DNA of 64,000 nucleotides from a virus (Duplodnaviria; Caudoviricetes): IMG/VR virus record IMGVR_UViG_3300037847_003419, positions 1,873 to 65,872 of that record; one strand, 5' to 3'. Shown piece by piece: positions 20,001 to 32,700 of this stretch (position 1 is its first letter; each line of letters starts with the position of its first letter). The notes under the pieces were generated by a model. It saw only the letters and a program-made list of their open reading frames with translations, ran no database searches and was not told where the DNA came from. The position numbers and the translations under genes were made by a program.

Positions 20001-21116
20001 ATCTTCTAAATCCGAAGTTTGTAATTTTTTAAAGTTATTACTAATAATTCTTTCTTTTTCTAAAAACAAATAATTGTCTAAAAACTCTTTAGTAAAAAGA
20101 TCTTCAAGATTAAAAAGGTTTAAATCACCTGTTTGCATCCATTTTAAATAACTCTCTTTTTTCTTGTCACTCCAAGAGTTCCAAACTTTCATTTTGTTAT
20201 TTGCTTCGGCCTGTTTTGACAATTGCTGTTGTTGTTCAAGGTCTGTTGCGTAAGGATTAATGTTTGCTTCTGCAATACCTTTTTCAAAATTTTCAATTTC
20301 TTTTTGACTAAAATTGTAACCTTGAAAGTAATCATCTTTAATAATATTACCTTTAACACTCTCAAGAGTTATGTTTTCAACTTGTCTGCTTATATTATCT
20401 AAATAATCTAAAACTCCTTTGGATTGTATACCAAGTTCATCTGCTATTGCTTTTACTTGATCCTTAGGGTCAGTTATTATGTCTCCTTCAACAGGTACTT
20501 CTGGAAGCATTGTAGGATCGTAGTCTTCAAAAACACCCTTAGATTCGTTATAAACAATATTCATATCAGCTAACTTGTTTATAAATATCTCTCTTTCTTG
20601 TGGATTTTTTATTGAAGATAATATTTCTTGTGATTTTTGTCTAGCAATATAAGTTTCATCGGTAGGAGTAGTTATTTCACCCTCGGGAAACAAATCTTTA
20701 TAGTCTAAAACAAACTGACTAGCTTGGTTTATAGCATCTTGAAAAATTGGGTCGTTGTCTAAATAACTATAATCTTTTGGTGGTAGCTTTTGCTCAGTTT
20801 CGCCTTCAAATAAATCTACAGGTTGACAAACACCTCTCTCGTCTTTTTTGTAACCTTCTGGACATTTGTCTTCAGCTGGACTTGTTGTGCTAGTTGTAGA
20901 AGGTTGTGACACTGTTGTAGGTTGTGTTGTAGATGGGTCAACTGGCTGCAAAGTAATATCATCAGTTGCGCTTGGTGTTACAGTTGTCGTGGTTCCAACG
21001 TCTTGTTTTAGTGGTGAATTTTTAGAATTTACCTCCTTTATAACAGACGCTATATCTTTTTCAGACACACCGTCAGCAACCATTTTTTCTACTAAATTTT
21101 GTAAATAATTACTCAT
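11082..21116 (-). CDS. giant multidomain internal virion/ejection protein (polyvalent-like)
   Basis: 3344 aa, last of the ejection-type genes. Contains HEIFH peptidase motif, sigma region-2-like segment, HAD motifs, hydrophobic segments and C-terminal Cys/His fingers. Confidence 0.7.
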   Translation of the reverse strand: MSNYLQNLVEKMVADGVSEKDIASVIKEVNSKNSPLKQDVGTTTTVTPSATDDITLQPVDPSTTQPTTVSQPSTTSTTSPAEDKCPEGYKKDERGVCQPVDLFEGETEQKLPPKDYSYLDNDPIFQDAINQASQFVLDYKDLFPEGEITTPTDETYIARQKSQEILSSIKNPQEREIFINKLADMNIVYNESKGVFEDYDPTMLPEVPVEGDIITDPKDQVKAIADELGIQSKGVLDYLDNISRQVENITLESVKGNIIKDDYFQGYNFSQKEIENFEKGIAEANINPYATDLEQQQQLSKQAEANNKMKVWNSWSDKKKESYLKWMQTGDLNLFNLEDLFTKEFLDNYLFLEKERIISNNFKKLQTSDLEDVTKQDLAIIKSIYDARKAGLKGKSAIAEIINEIQLEGREDEYAILKNYYNRAVNLFNKIINLNDNQKKKRGVNVFSEEAMMVNFGITESEIEKAHRITNNFLTNNGTGIKNFEEPVIYKQINGEEVAFVYFKNKNGELVFLNVKKTRGILTVDNILQQIKDGYNIARGGIDGRQYVYFGKDGLLRIGGKGKKHDAGTTVFKGVRARLNELGGSDDILKMLDDIPFVEDPAKSGELIQEALLKKQTFRMLEILLRQEGIKDFKRKYPEQFDLLLKDGIDLNNYSEYSLEKRTKDWEKNQQPIIDEMTRLQKELAASMLDKDSSAVDRSYIAGIISRMTEIADDFQKAVSERQRIINFTNDLDTDQKLLLEDKNNLDKNAPYYSALSKNYDYWSKTFVNLGTMLTQILAASEALWGDEIWGEFFTKKARETMEVYSENFPQASKWKDDVGLGLWFADMLVSNSANGAALLTMLIPGVGPYITTAIFASWAAGGKYTDVKTSRKNAIAIIQKLESQLLDPNLSEGEKEFIQQQILVQKSILERSETGDRLVSISHGIITGVAERFGTLKVLQKWQKFKPKLGPGMRVKNLFKVGGFVGLNISIEVFEEMLDQISKNALAILTGETTSTGGQIGIFDGMDADFYANVVAFSTILQTNASLKPIALVIRESVLTSKEMALVEELANELEAITQDLNENKKEGNLSKQDISELTQRKDDLLKQLNELENNIIGKLDNIKDDVDENGNIIKSKGQKIKEIFDLAAKRKAKLLEAQKMGEQLDFDKKEIEQLEKEYKEIQDQIDAFFEANSEVNELMEEYEAKMIEKGINPVRRKQLLSAYQSALLIMKGTKTKKAKFIIKGVLPTPKEIKEIKKQLKRQGFSEEQIKSEIAELEAAIEGKKSNGYRSDRTGNLYILNGFILQKILLHDDILEASDAAATPLHEIFHEYHITKGLILKGELKKQHQKAVEELKGLMNKLAKQKKLTPEALTHFKKRIEFYEKNVKNKSVRTEELMNIVHDIMFWGGLKPSDFNQLFDLRVFINGLLKKLKPSLAPYINFNSPMDVYRYISKYHSQTKRSKIIFGDETDDTETDVTKHSLSTNEQIELTQIKNDIRDISLKIQNTLKEENLVPGTTEYNNRKEELQKENEDALNEKRARRDELLNQETNKGMSQEERSLAVANVYNSYLNGDISEQIMKTKILKLMQPYVTTVSKIWNFEAQKSNPEQAYKFVDFRRDIELEILKYIDRYDPSFGQELSKYLMQNVKLQVGNILEKAQLNVVKTEVQDDIKDDGGGDFGNEIEGIETTVDQLINSKLRKAFGITKDSDTYKLIFNKVKESLMSKVDALTLEDALQNPKQKKKFRQELEKEFTEAFKDVIKGIINPTNRRGTDATLKKFLLDNKRLIIDLLAVKYKNRFPELSTHGGRMPVDKSVKEQTDIKGAFVLSGTAGNDIWIKNYDIDNDVFVALFTEGRETRYKSLINSLAAELGLDAVFDALPNELETITGKLVETIKRDPLMKFSLGDQFEIFGFEILLNQKYLKEVSAIARLIRKSSYEDVIDEDNLEVIGEEGKYSKESIATVIYANDKVAFETNEEVFFKKETIKWLEQNGFGDIANQFKSDGTIKNNGNVDKDGKGVLDRMFDAMEAVILELGYDAYLALGPDIFGFHYSAMDIGASKQGPKRSEGKFDKNNQSGNGETSKLVKGWRFRPETNDFIKVNDDGKFAKGTISVDPVSDGAELVRGEFYERHQNLISRLKNIDSDLPSSLVVADIREMNSGSGLMKKIYTQVLAATDYDTGPDAPSIKEQKEERLERLFGDEIRNANKANIILLEYMTEKLVNLVKDGKISIVSALHLLQAQTNISKGFRAFTTLDLITIENKVSTWFQKGEHIDPNGNKMFSLMKLMLESTKDPSINIKERVKELFSDHGQWLGPKVQMDLIDKLTGTNSTLGFERLKQLPEQIRKTIMHISGVEFDLKVDELIEQAKNKLALIESEVSREKREKRKQIINKHSIGLPYLGGTVLDFDLTVGESSNVVIATNPETGETRDLDGVDWAKDGDRLLQEGWEMDFSDFDNVTDGKEGPVFPYLIKQLIRFGPEGVFILTARASGSQPNILAFINFRIDVYNKANGTNVPYLKAENVIGLGNSTGEAKADWIEENLIFNGYNDIVFIDDHIPNVEAVQKMFDMYPEGMFVDGGKSIVTRPENKNSLGENFNVILSENANIPENQEFSRAQAQAHGKNKGRFQFIMNPSAMDFEQMLRVFIGKGAKGEKELEYLIENLITPYARALSEIDRRKAETRELHDKIRSKIGKQKLKKLLKQEIGKTGFTNGDAVRVWLFNKNGHKDKLGLSKKELKELISTVENNPDLLLYAQGLDNITDGYVTPGKDWVVNTISGDLYFHMNSGVRAEVLKDWIEIKNEVFSEANLNKIEALYGSSFRKYVEEMLYKMENGKPKRSSEMGTLEKAWMEFLGGSTAVVMFANTRSAILQMLSSINYIELRGPNSLFNSARAFANVKQYWADVGFILMHPDMVARRGGRKIDVNISELVDYMSTIEGGVIAQSRAAVGWLLSKGFLMTQIADSLAISLGGAAYYRNYVNYFISQGYSKQEAEQMAWDKTWENTQATQQSIRPDKLSYEQSSILGKFLLNFKVTPQQYTRKIVNAIDNIRNKRGTVAQNVKDILYYGAIQNLLFTGLQQAVFIALMDEDEDWETRSDSWIKSTIESILVGMGLEGVILVTVVNGVIEYKEQESKGWNADHTYTILQFANISPVVGIKLRQIYSAIKTKQINEDVIEAMDWNDPMNPQLNVIANTVQAFTNIPANEVISRVQNLLTVVHNEAETEEEFEEMFWKELMIILGWNPWDVGLDTKVKEVREEVKEQKKEDKKEEKKLTKEEEIAKDVEIEKRSNPDAKYVRCSAATSDGDRCARNVKNHGDRCSVHGGQDGPTCGDNGGTNSKGLPCGNPVKNQDGRCNIPSHRVK

Positions 21117-21124
21117 ATTATATT

Positions 21125-24001
<2,877 letters not shown>

Positions 24002-24003
24002 AG

Positions 24004-24651
24004 TTAATTATTTCCTAAAATTTCATCTTTAATTTCGTCACCAAAAGCTCCAACTCCACCAGCTATACCTAAACCACCGCCAACTACGTCACCTATACCA
24101 GAAACCATTTGATCAGTTGCTCTTTGTCTAGCGGCATCAGCAGATATTTTTCTTTGTTGAGCCATACCAAATAAAGTTTCAATTTTATCTTTTTCTAGGT
24201 TTTGTGTTTCTCTTTCTCCTCTAGCTTCCATTTGTTGTAATTGAGCTTGTTGTCCAAGTGCTAATTGTTGGTTTTTAGCTTCTTGCTGACCTATACTAGC
24301 TGAAGCAGCTTGTGCTTGTTGTTGTCCACTCATTGCCAGTTGCTGCGCTAAACCTGCTACACCTGATCCACCAGCTGCACCTTGTAAACCTTGCAATAAA
24401 TTAGCTTGTTGTTGTTGAGATTGCTGCGCCATCATCTCCGCTTGCTGTGTATTTACAGTTAAGTCCTCATAAACGTTTTCTAAGTTTGCATAAGGATTAG
24501 ACGTGTCCATATCTTCGTACGCAGCTTTTCTTTCCGCTAATTCTTGATTAGCAGCTCTTTGTTCGGCTATTCTAGCTTTTTTACCTTGTTGGGCCGAATA
24601 TATCTTTGCGGCACCACCTACAACAGCAATACCTAACGCTACAAAACTCAT
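24004..24651 (-). CDS. internal virion / DNA pilot-like protein
   Basis: G/A-rich hydrophobic ends around a Q/A-rich coiled coil, the typical podovirus ejection protein architecture. Confidence 0.65.
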   Translation of the reverse strand: MSFVALGIAVVGGAAKIYSAQQGKKARIAEQRAANQELAERKAAYEDMDTSNPYANLENVYEDLTVNTQQAEMMAQQSQQQQANLLQGLQGAAGGSGVAGLAQQLAMSGQQQAQAASASIGQQEAKNQQLALGQQAQLQQMEARGERETQNLEKDKIETLFGMAQQRKISADAARQRATDQMVSGIGDVVGGGLGIAGGVGAFGDEIKDEILGNN

Positions 24652-24657
24652 AATATA

Positions 24658-25107
24658 TTATTTTTTATTATTAAACTCTTCATAATCTTTTGCTATAATT
24701 AAATCTTCTAGTTCTTGTAAATCCTGTGTGTTAGTAGGATTAGCATGTATATTAACCCATATAGAATCTTCATTTGCATATATAACTCTTTTAGAACCTG
24801 CCGGTGCCTCTACATAACAAGGTGCAACATGTTCAACAGAACTATTTTCATCTACAACTACTATATGCCCAGTTAACAAAAACCAGACGTGATTGTGTTT
24901 GTGTATTTTACCTATTACAAACGAGTCTTTTTTCATAGACATTTGTCTAATGTATATACCATCTGTAAAGGTGTGTTTTAAAGGAAAAACTTCAGAATCT
25001 CCTTTTACTACATTTTCACCATCAACAAACTCCATTAGATGTTCTTGTAGTTCTATTATTGTATCTCTTTTTTGTAATCTTAATTCTTTCTTCGTTAACT
25101 CTTTCAT
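24658..25107 (-). CDS. cupin-fold protein
   Basis: LKHTFTDGIYIRQ...IHKHNHVWFLLTG...APAGSKRVIYA. Confidence 0.65.
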   Translation of the reverse strand: MKELTKKELRLQKRDTIIELQEHLMEFVDGENVVKGDSEVFPLKHTFTDGIYIRQMSMKKDSFVIGKIHKHNHVWFLLTGHIVVVDENSSVEHVAPCYVEAPAGSKRVIYANEDSIWVNIHANPTNTQDLQELEDLIIAKDYEEFNNKK

Positions 25108-25147
25108 TTAATTAAATTTATAACGATATAGTCACAGTTTTTGATAG

Positions 25148-25510
25148 TTATTTACTACTTTCAAAATAATCAGCACCAACAGTGTATAGTTCAGATTCTG
25201 TGTTAGAGTCATTTTCAAATCTAAACTTAGCAAAATAACCAAGCAAACTACTCATGTTAGCTATATTATCTTTAGCAAACATAATAAAAACACCTTGCGT
25301 TAGAACCCCAGAGTCCCACAAAGCTTGTGACACGTCCACAGTTATAAAATTACTACCAACAATTGTTATGCTACCCATAGGATTAGGTATACCTGAAGCT
25401 GTACTAGATGGTAATGTAGAAGGATCTATTTGTGTAACGTAGTAAGCTACGTCACCAACTTGAACTGAAACATTTATTGTGTTTGGAAAATTTATTGTTA
25501 CTGAAGGCAT
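25148..25510 (-). CDS. tail-associated structural protein
   Basis: INVSVQVGDVAYY...SSLLGYFAKFRFENDS...ESSK; lies in the tail cluster. Confidence 0.5.
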   Translation of the reverse strand: MPSVTINFPNTINVSVQVGDVAYYVTQIDPSTLPSSTASGIPNPMGSITIVGSNFITVDVSQALWDSGVLTQGVFIMFAKDNIANMSSLLGYFAKFRFENDSNTESELYTVGADYFESSK

Positions 25511-25514
25511 GTTG

Positions 25515-26723
25515 TTATGTTAATGTTATTGTTACTGTTTTTGTCGCGCTGTCTGTCGTACCGTCGTTACATTTAAAAGTAAAGCTATCTGTCTCAACAA
25601 CACCAGTGTTTTTATACGTTATAGTACTACCTGAAAAAGTATTGTTGTTAAACGAAGTAGAGAACGTGCCTGTGTCGTTGCTACCAATTGCACCATCTGA
25701 AGGCTCAGTTACTCTACTATACGTTTTAGTATTCGCGTTAGCATCTGTATCTCCAGCGCCACAGTCTATTAATACTGATTCTCCAGTTACACACGTAGCT
25801 GTTATGTCAGACGCGTTTGGAGTTGTTGATACAAAATTATTAAGAGCCCACTGAACTGTCATATCAGCATATCCAAATCTTTCTATCTCAGCAGTTACCG
25901 ATGCTGTTAACGAAGTTGTTCCAGATCCAGTTACAGTGGCATCGTTAATAGAAATTACATATCCGCTTTTAGAAAAAAATAATGTTTCGTCAATTTCTAA
26001 CTGAGGAAAATCTGGCCCTGAGTTAATAGTAATAATATTACTACCACTTTTAGTTATTGTCATTTCTTCATTTATATTTTCACCAGAAATAGCGTCTCCA
26101 TTGTTTATATTTGTATCATCATCTACAGCTATTATTCTTCTGTTTGGGTCAAATTTTAAAACTTTAGCAGAGCTATAATAAGTGTTTGAAAAGTCTCCTC
26201 CTGTGCTAACGTTCCAAGTAGGTTGCCTGCTAGTATACAACAGAGCAGAAGATTTAGTAATAGTACCAGACAAAGTAAAATCAAAAAGAATATCAGACTC
26301 AACATCTTCATAACCAATTGATCCTGGAGAGCCTGTAAAAGTAGCGTCTAAAGTTGAAGCTATAGTATGGCCTACCGTGGTGTGATTAGTATCAAAAGTT
26401 AAAGTTTTATTAAGATAGTCTTTAAATTGTAAAAAATTCACACCTGGAGTAATTTTTTTATATTTATCATTTTCATCACCAACTTGTACACCAGCGACTG
26501 TTTTCAACTGATAGTCATAAGTTTCATCTACTGAAGGCTCTGGTAAAAGTATTTGAACATTGCTAAAACCACTAGCATCTACAACTCTATCAACAGTTGT
26601 TGGAGCAGATGTAAATGTTTGTGTAGTTTCATCATAAGTATTACCAGCGGCATTAGTAATAGATACTTTTGCTAAAGCTCCTGGTGTTCCAGTTATTATT
26701 ATATTTTTGTATAAATCTGACAT
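25515..26723 (-). CDS. tail structural protein with C-terminal Ig/cadherin-like domain
   Basis: T/S-rich beta sequence; ends DSFTFKCNDGTTDSATKTVTIT. Confidence 0.55.
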   Translation of the reverse strand: MSDLYKNIIITGTPGALAKVSITNAAGNTYDETTQTFTSAPTTVDRVVDASGFSNVQILLPEPSVDETYDYQLKTVAGVQVGDENDKYKKITPGVNFLQFKDYLNKTLTFDTNHTTVGHTIASTLDATFTGSPGSIGYEDVESDILFDFTLSGTITKSSALLYTSRQPTWNVSTGGDFSNTYYSSAKVLKFDPNRRIIAVDDDTNINNGDAISGENINEEMTITKSGSNIITINSGPDFPQLEIDETLFFSKSGYVISINDATVTGSGTTSLTASVTAEIERFGYADMTVQWALNNFVSTTPNASDITATCVTGESVLIDCGAGDTDANANTKTYSRVTEPSDGAIGSNDTGTFSTSFNNNTFSGSTITYKNTGVVETDSFTFKCNDGTTDSATKTVTITLT

Positions 26724-29700
26724 TATATTACAGTTACAGTGTTAATAATAGGTTGTAGTGATTGTGTGAATCCATCTATATCAATTTCTATAGCAAGATC
26801 ATTGTTAGGCATAGCTATAGGATTTAGCTCTACAATAACAGCTATTTCGTTAGTAGGTGTTGCGCTATAATTAGCGTCATAATTAGGATTAGGCATTGAA
26901 CCGCCAGAAACGTTGTAGTTTAAGTAAACAGGGTTTTCAGTATCTTGAAAATTAACAGATACTACTTCTGGAGGTAATGTGCCACCTACAAAAGTTGTTC
27001 CTGAAGCAGGCGTAGCACCACTTATAGAGAAATCTGAAGCTTGAATAGCTCTACCAGCATCTGGCTGTATAAGTAAAAACGCAGCGACAGAATTTAACGC
27101 ACTGTGAATAAGCGTGCCAGGCGTGATATTAGGCATTGTAAAAGTAGTAACCGTGTATAAGTTATCACCAAAATTACCATCAGTATCTCCAACGCCAGCA
27201 AAAGTATTACTAACTCTTAATTCATAATCATCACAATTACAGCTGTAGCTTGCTATTATACCACCTGAAAAACCTGTAGGAGCATTAATAAATTGATTAC
27301 TTAAAAACAATTTACTTTTAACAGAGCTAACAACTTGTATATTTGTTATTGTTGTTCCAGCAGGTAAGTACTGAGATATAACTTCACAACCTACCACAAT
27401 GTTATTGCTTGCTATATCAGAGTTTAGCGCTGTGGCTACATTTGTGTTAGAAACGTTAATATTTGTTCCTGCTACAACTATATTAGGAAAAGTACCCGTG
27501 CCTGTTTCTGGAGTCATATCTATAGAACCTTGCGAGCAGTATATACAACTACCATCATCCGGATAAGCCGCAGAGTCATAGTTTAACGCAGTTGGATCGG
27601 TACATCCTGGATAAATACATGAACCATCATCAAAATTTGCACCAGCCCAATAATTTGAAGCATTTGGATCTGTGCAGCCGTAATAAAACGGTGGAAAATT
27701 ACAACAATTACCCATATTAAATCCATTTGGATCGTCTGGTGAACAACAATCAAACTTAGGATTATAGTTGTCAGCAGCAAAACCTATTGGATTATTATTA
27801 GCGTCTACACATGGAAAAGTACAAGGAGCCCCAAATCTATCTAATCCGTTTGTAGCGGGAAACATTCCAACTTGAGAATCTGTACATCCATAATCAAAAC
27901 AACAGCTACCATCATCAACAGTAGCAGTTGGATCATAATTTACTGCATCTGGATCGGTGCAACCAATTTCTGAGTTTAATACAAAAGTATCGGCCATATC
28001 AATACCTTGAAAAGAAAACTCTTTTAAATCTATATTTGAAGCGTTTGTAGATCTTCCTTTGACTCTTGAAAACCATTTACCTTCTTTGTCTTTAAACTCT
28101 AAAACAGAAGTAGATTGCAAGTTTGTTTCTCCTTCTTTAACAAACCAACCCTTTAAACCAGTATTGTTAAAATACTCGTTGTCACCTAAATCTTCAGTCA
28201 CTCTAGCTTGGCTACCCTCGTAATTTAGAGAACCAAAACTTTTAACAACATTAGGTAGTTTGTTAAAAACAACGTCAATATAAGGATTTTGTTTTAACCC
28301 GTAAAACGTACCTGTGTTACCATTATGATGTTGATACAACTCGCCTAATTTAAACGTGTAGTAATTGTTATTTAAACTTACACCTGTTTCTGGAATAAAA
28401 GATTTAAAACTTTCCCAACCGTTATTTCTAACACCATAGCTAACTGTTTCTAACTTGTTAACAAGAGATATGTTGTAATTATCTTTCTTATCATCATAAC
28501 TACCAATTAATAAGTTTTGACCTGGCAAATTATCAGCAAAATAATCTTTTAAACCATGATCAGATATAGGTATTAAACCGTTACCATCTAATTGTAAAAC
28601 TTTACCTCTAGATTTATCTGTAAAATAAGCTTTGTAAGCTTGAGATGCAAAAGATTCTGGGTTTTTTGATATACCGTATTCTCCACCCATTGGTGTCGCT
28701 TGACCTAAAACATTACTAGTTGCTATTAATTGAGGCTTACCGTCAGCGTTAAATAAAGCGTCTTTATTAGATAATATTCTTAATACTTTATCTTCACACA
28801 AAGCTATCAAATCACCTTCTCTAGCATGTAGTTTTTGTATGCTACCGTGTCTAGGGTTTAGATTTTTAGTTATCTTTTCAGCCATTATAAACTGATTAGT
28901 GTCGTTAACTCCACTTATATTGTTGTATATACCAGAATATATTAAACTACTAGACTTTCTTTCTCTTTTGTATGTTTTTGCTAGCACTGTAGAAGCCCTA
29001 GGACCCTTGTCTATTGTGACAGCATTAAAATCATCTCTAATTCTATTAGACTCAACACCATTACCAAAAGAATAACAATTATGCCATTTTAAATCAATCT
29101 TAGAGTTAAATACTTCTTTAACAAGACTTAATTCTAAAAATCCACTCGCGTTCACTTTAGCAGCAATAATATTTCCATCGCCAAATATACTACCAGTTAT
29201 AGTACCACCATCAATCTTTTTAAATATTAAATTATTTTTATTGTTAGTGCCAGACATAGCAAGTGGTAAAACAACGTTATCAGATATGAAAGCAGTACTT
29301 TGATTTACTACAAAAGTTTGAGGATTGTAAACAAAAGTGTCTAATGTTATTTTATTTTCGTTCCAATTTTTTATTTTAGGAAGTGAGATTTTAGTAAACG
29401 TTATAGGCGCGTTATTAATACTTGATGTAGCGTTTTCGCTAAAAAACACCGTGTTGCCACTTACGTTTGTTACCAATGTTCCAGAAGGAAATACAGAAGG
29501 AATTAAGTTACTGGAGTTTTGTATTGTAAATCCTTCCTTAACCCAATTACTTATATTAGTGTTAGTCGTACCAAAGTTGTTACCAGACGTTACAGTAATT
29601 GTCCATGGATTACCACCAGGCGTTAAGTCTTTCCAAGTTTGTAATTTTGCACCTGGATAATCTACTTGTACTTCACTACCTATCTTTGCAAAAAGCTCAT

Positions 29701-32700
29701 TTGTTTCACCAGATAATAAAACTGGAAACGCTTGGTCCATTTCGTAATAAATATCTAATCCTATATCTTCTTTTGGTTCTGTTTCAAATATAGCAGGATT
29801 ATCACTCATTTCTTTGTCAACCTCAGGATTGTATTTTTCTACTATTTGTATGTTGTTGTAAAAATTTTCAGTGTCTTGAACAACAGTAGTTGTAAGCCCT
29901 GTGTTACCAGGTGTTGTTATAATACTACCTGGACTATTAGGATTATTAAAACCTGGATTATTACCAGATGTTGTAGGTTGTTGTATAGATGTTTGTGTAC
30001 CTGTTTGTATAGAACCAGCACCTGCTTTATGGTTAGTAGTTGGTTTCCAACCTATAGTAGGCGTACATTGAACAAAGCCAGAAGTGTTAGAAGAACTATA
30101 AACGCCTTGTGTTTGATTTGCATATATAAAGTCAGAGACCCAAGTAGGATCCGCTCCTTTTATAGCCGCATCAAAAACATAGTTACCAGTAGAACCTGGA
30201 TCCATATACCCAGTAGCTCTTAACTTTAAATATAATCTTCTTGTTTTGTTTGCTCTCCAAGTTCTAGGTTTATTTTTACCTCCATCATAATTATATATAC
30301 CAGGTGAGTTCTTTTTGCTTTGGTTGTGATAATCATCGTAATCAGAGTCTCCTTGTCCTTGTGCAAAATATATTTCGTAAACAATTTTGTTGGGATCTTC
30401 TGCCCATCTAATCCAAGTGTTAGGAGATTTAAGCGCGTTATAAAAATCTCTATCTGACTTTTCATGATTTGCTATGCTAAAACCTTCTTGCGTTTGATCA
30501 TTAATTCTAGACAAACTAAGTTCTATGTGATTCGCTAGCTTACCTGTTCTGGAGTATGTTATACCTTTTCCAGAGTCTTTTGCCCAAGGACCAGGTCCTC
30601 CTGGTATTGTACCCCAGTTTCTATCTATTTCATCAATATAAAAACCTTCTTTTATAACTTTATCCCAAGAACCTGCTTTTTCTGTCCACTGTTGTTTTTG
30701 ATTCCAGTTGTTATCTAAACCGCTAGACTTAATATAATATTGCTTTTTTTGTTGTTTAATAGTAAAGGTTGTTGTTGTTATATCGTGGTTAACAGTGTCT
30801 ATACCATTTATTAAAGCCGTATCTTGTTTTACTTTTACAAAAAATCTTCCTTGAAACTCTGGTTTATTATAAGTTCTTTTTTGAGCAACCTCTACTTTCA
30901 CAGAAGAATTATTACCGCCTAATATATCCGCTGTAATATCTATACCAAAACTATTTTTTATAGTTATTGTTGAGTTTGTAAAATCAAATCTTTTTATAGG
31001 ATACCAATCTGAACTTTGGTCCGCGTCAAACAATCTTAAAACTAAACCTTCTTTACCTCTAGCGTACTCTTCAAAACCAGGATTACCAGTATATACAACT
31101 TGCGCGTCCGCTGAAGTAAAAGTTTGATTAAATGTACTTGTAGCTGCAGTTCCAACTCCTATATTAGAATATTCTGTTTTTATCCAATCAGGCGCTTCAT
31201 TTTTAATAGATATAACCTTGTATCTAGCTGGCTCTTCTACAAAATCATCTGTATCGTGTTGTTTTTTAAGTACTAAATATGTGTTTTCGTCAACCTTGTT
31301 TCTTTCTGCCGAAGGAAAGCTTAACCATATACCACCGTCTGTAGCGTCATACCATCTATCTAAAGCTAAATTATAGTATTCATTAGATGTTTCTTTTACA
31401 AAATACTTGTAACTATGCACCCATTTAGGAACAGATGTATTTGATTGAACAGATAAAGATGTTGATTTATCAGCTAATTGTTTAGCTGTATTAAAAGTTG
31501 CGTTTTCATTTGTAAATACAGGTGTTTCTCTACCAAATTTATCTCTGTACACAATACCAATTTGATAGGTTCTTAGTGATTTTATAGAAGGGTAGCCTTT
31601 TCCAACAATAAAATCTTCTGATGTCTCTGGCGATATATCTAAGCTCTTCAAGTAAGTGTTTATGTTTACATTGTTATTTATATCGTATCCTTCAGTGTAA
31701 TTACCAAATATTAATCTATTTGCGCTAATTTCTTGAGATCTTGCCTTGATAGGCACATTGTCCCATGGTCTTAGTATTTGATTAGAAGGTACTGCTGCAT
31801 ATATAAGCTCAGACTCTAGTTGCACAGCTCCTTTTGTTTGACCTGTCCAAGGTGATTGAGGGGTTACATGTCCATACTCTAACCATTGAGGATCACCGTG
31901 TTCTATTGTTTTAACAGTATATACATTTGGAGAGTTTGATTCTTTGTATAGTATATCTACACAAACAACACCTTCTGGTATTCCATCTGGAACAAAATCT
32001 AATATTTTTAAAAACCTAAGTTGATTTACCATACCTAAATTATGCGCTTCTTTAGCATCGTATTTAAACCTCCCAGGTATAAAAGCAACATCAGAAAACG
32101 GAGAAAAAGAAGAATACTCACCATCTTGATACTTATATCTATAAGCAAATCTAGGAAATTTAAACTCAAATAAAGCTTTAGACTGTTCTAAGCAAACAGC
32201 CCATTCTTCACCACCCGCTACAAAAGGAAAAAATCCTTTTTTAAACGAAAGTATTTTAACTGTAATTTTATCTGGAGAGACAGATGTGTCTATATCTGTA
32301 ACCACAGCTCTTACTTGCGCGTCAGTAAATATACGTATGTCAGACAATATGTCTTGATCGTTGCTAAATATTAATATGTCTCCAATTTCAAAATCAGGAG
32401 TTACAGAAGAAAATTCTATATCAACAGAAGTTCCTTCTACAAACGGTTCATTATTATATATAAAGTTACCGGCACCAGCGCCTGGATTTGTTAAAACTTG
32501 ATTAGAAAAATTTACAGGATCTGTTTTACCAAATATTAAGCCTCTACCACCAATATCGTTGTACATTTCTAAAGAAGGCGGCGTTAAAGGAGATTTTTTT
32601 ACAACCGTGGTGTTATAAAGCTTAGCAAACTTGTTTGTAACAACAACGTTAGTATTTGGTTTAAATATAGGAAATTTAGAGTGTGTATTAAAATTAGGCG

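Noticed and set aside
11082-21116. Giant protein as a crAss- or N4-type virion RNA polymerase
   Set aside because: I could not find a DxDxD/DFDID catalytic loop in polymerase context; DFDLT is followed by HAD motifs II-IV. A highly diverged polymerase cannot be fully excluded without profile searches.
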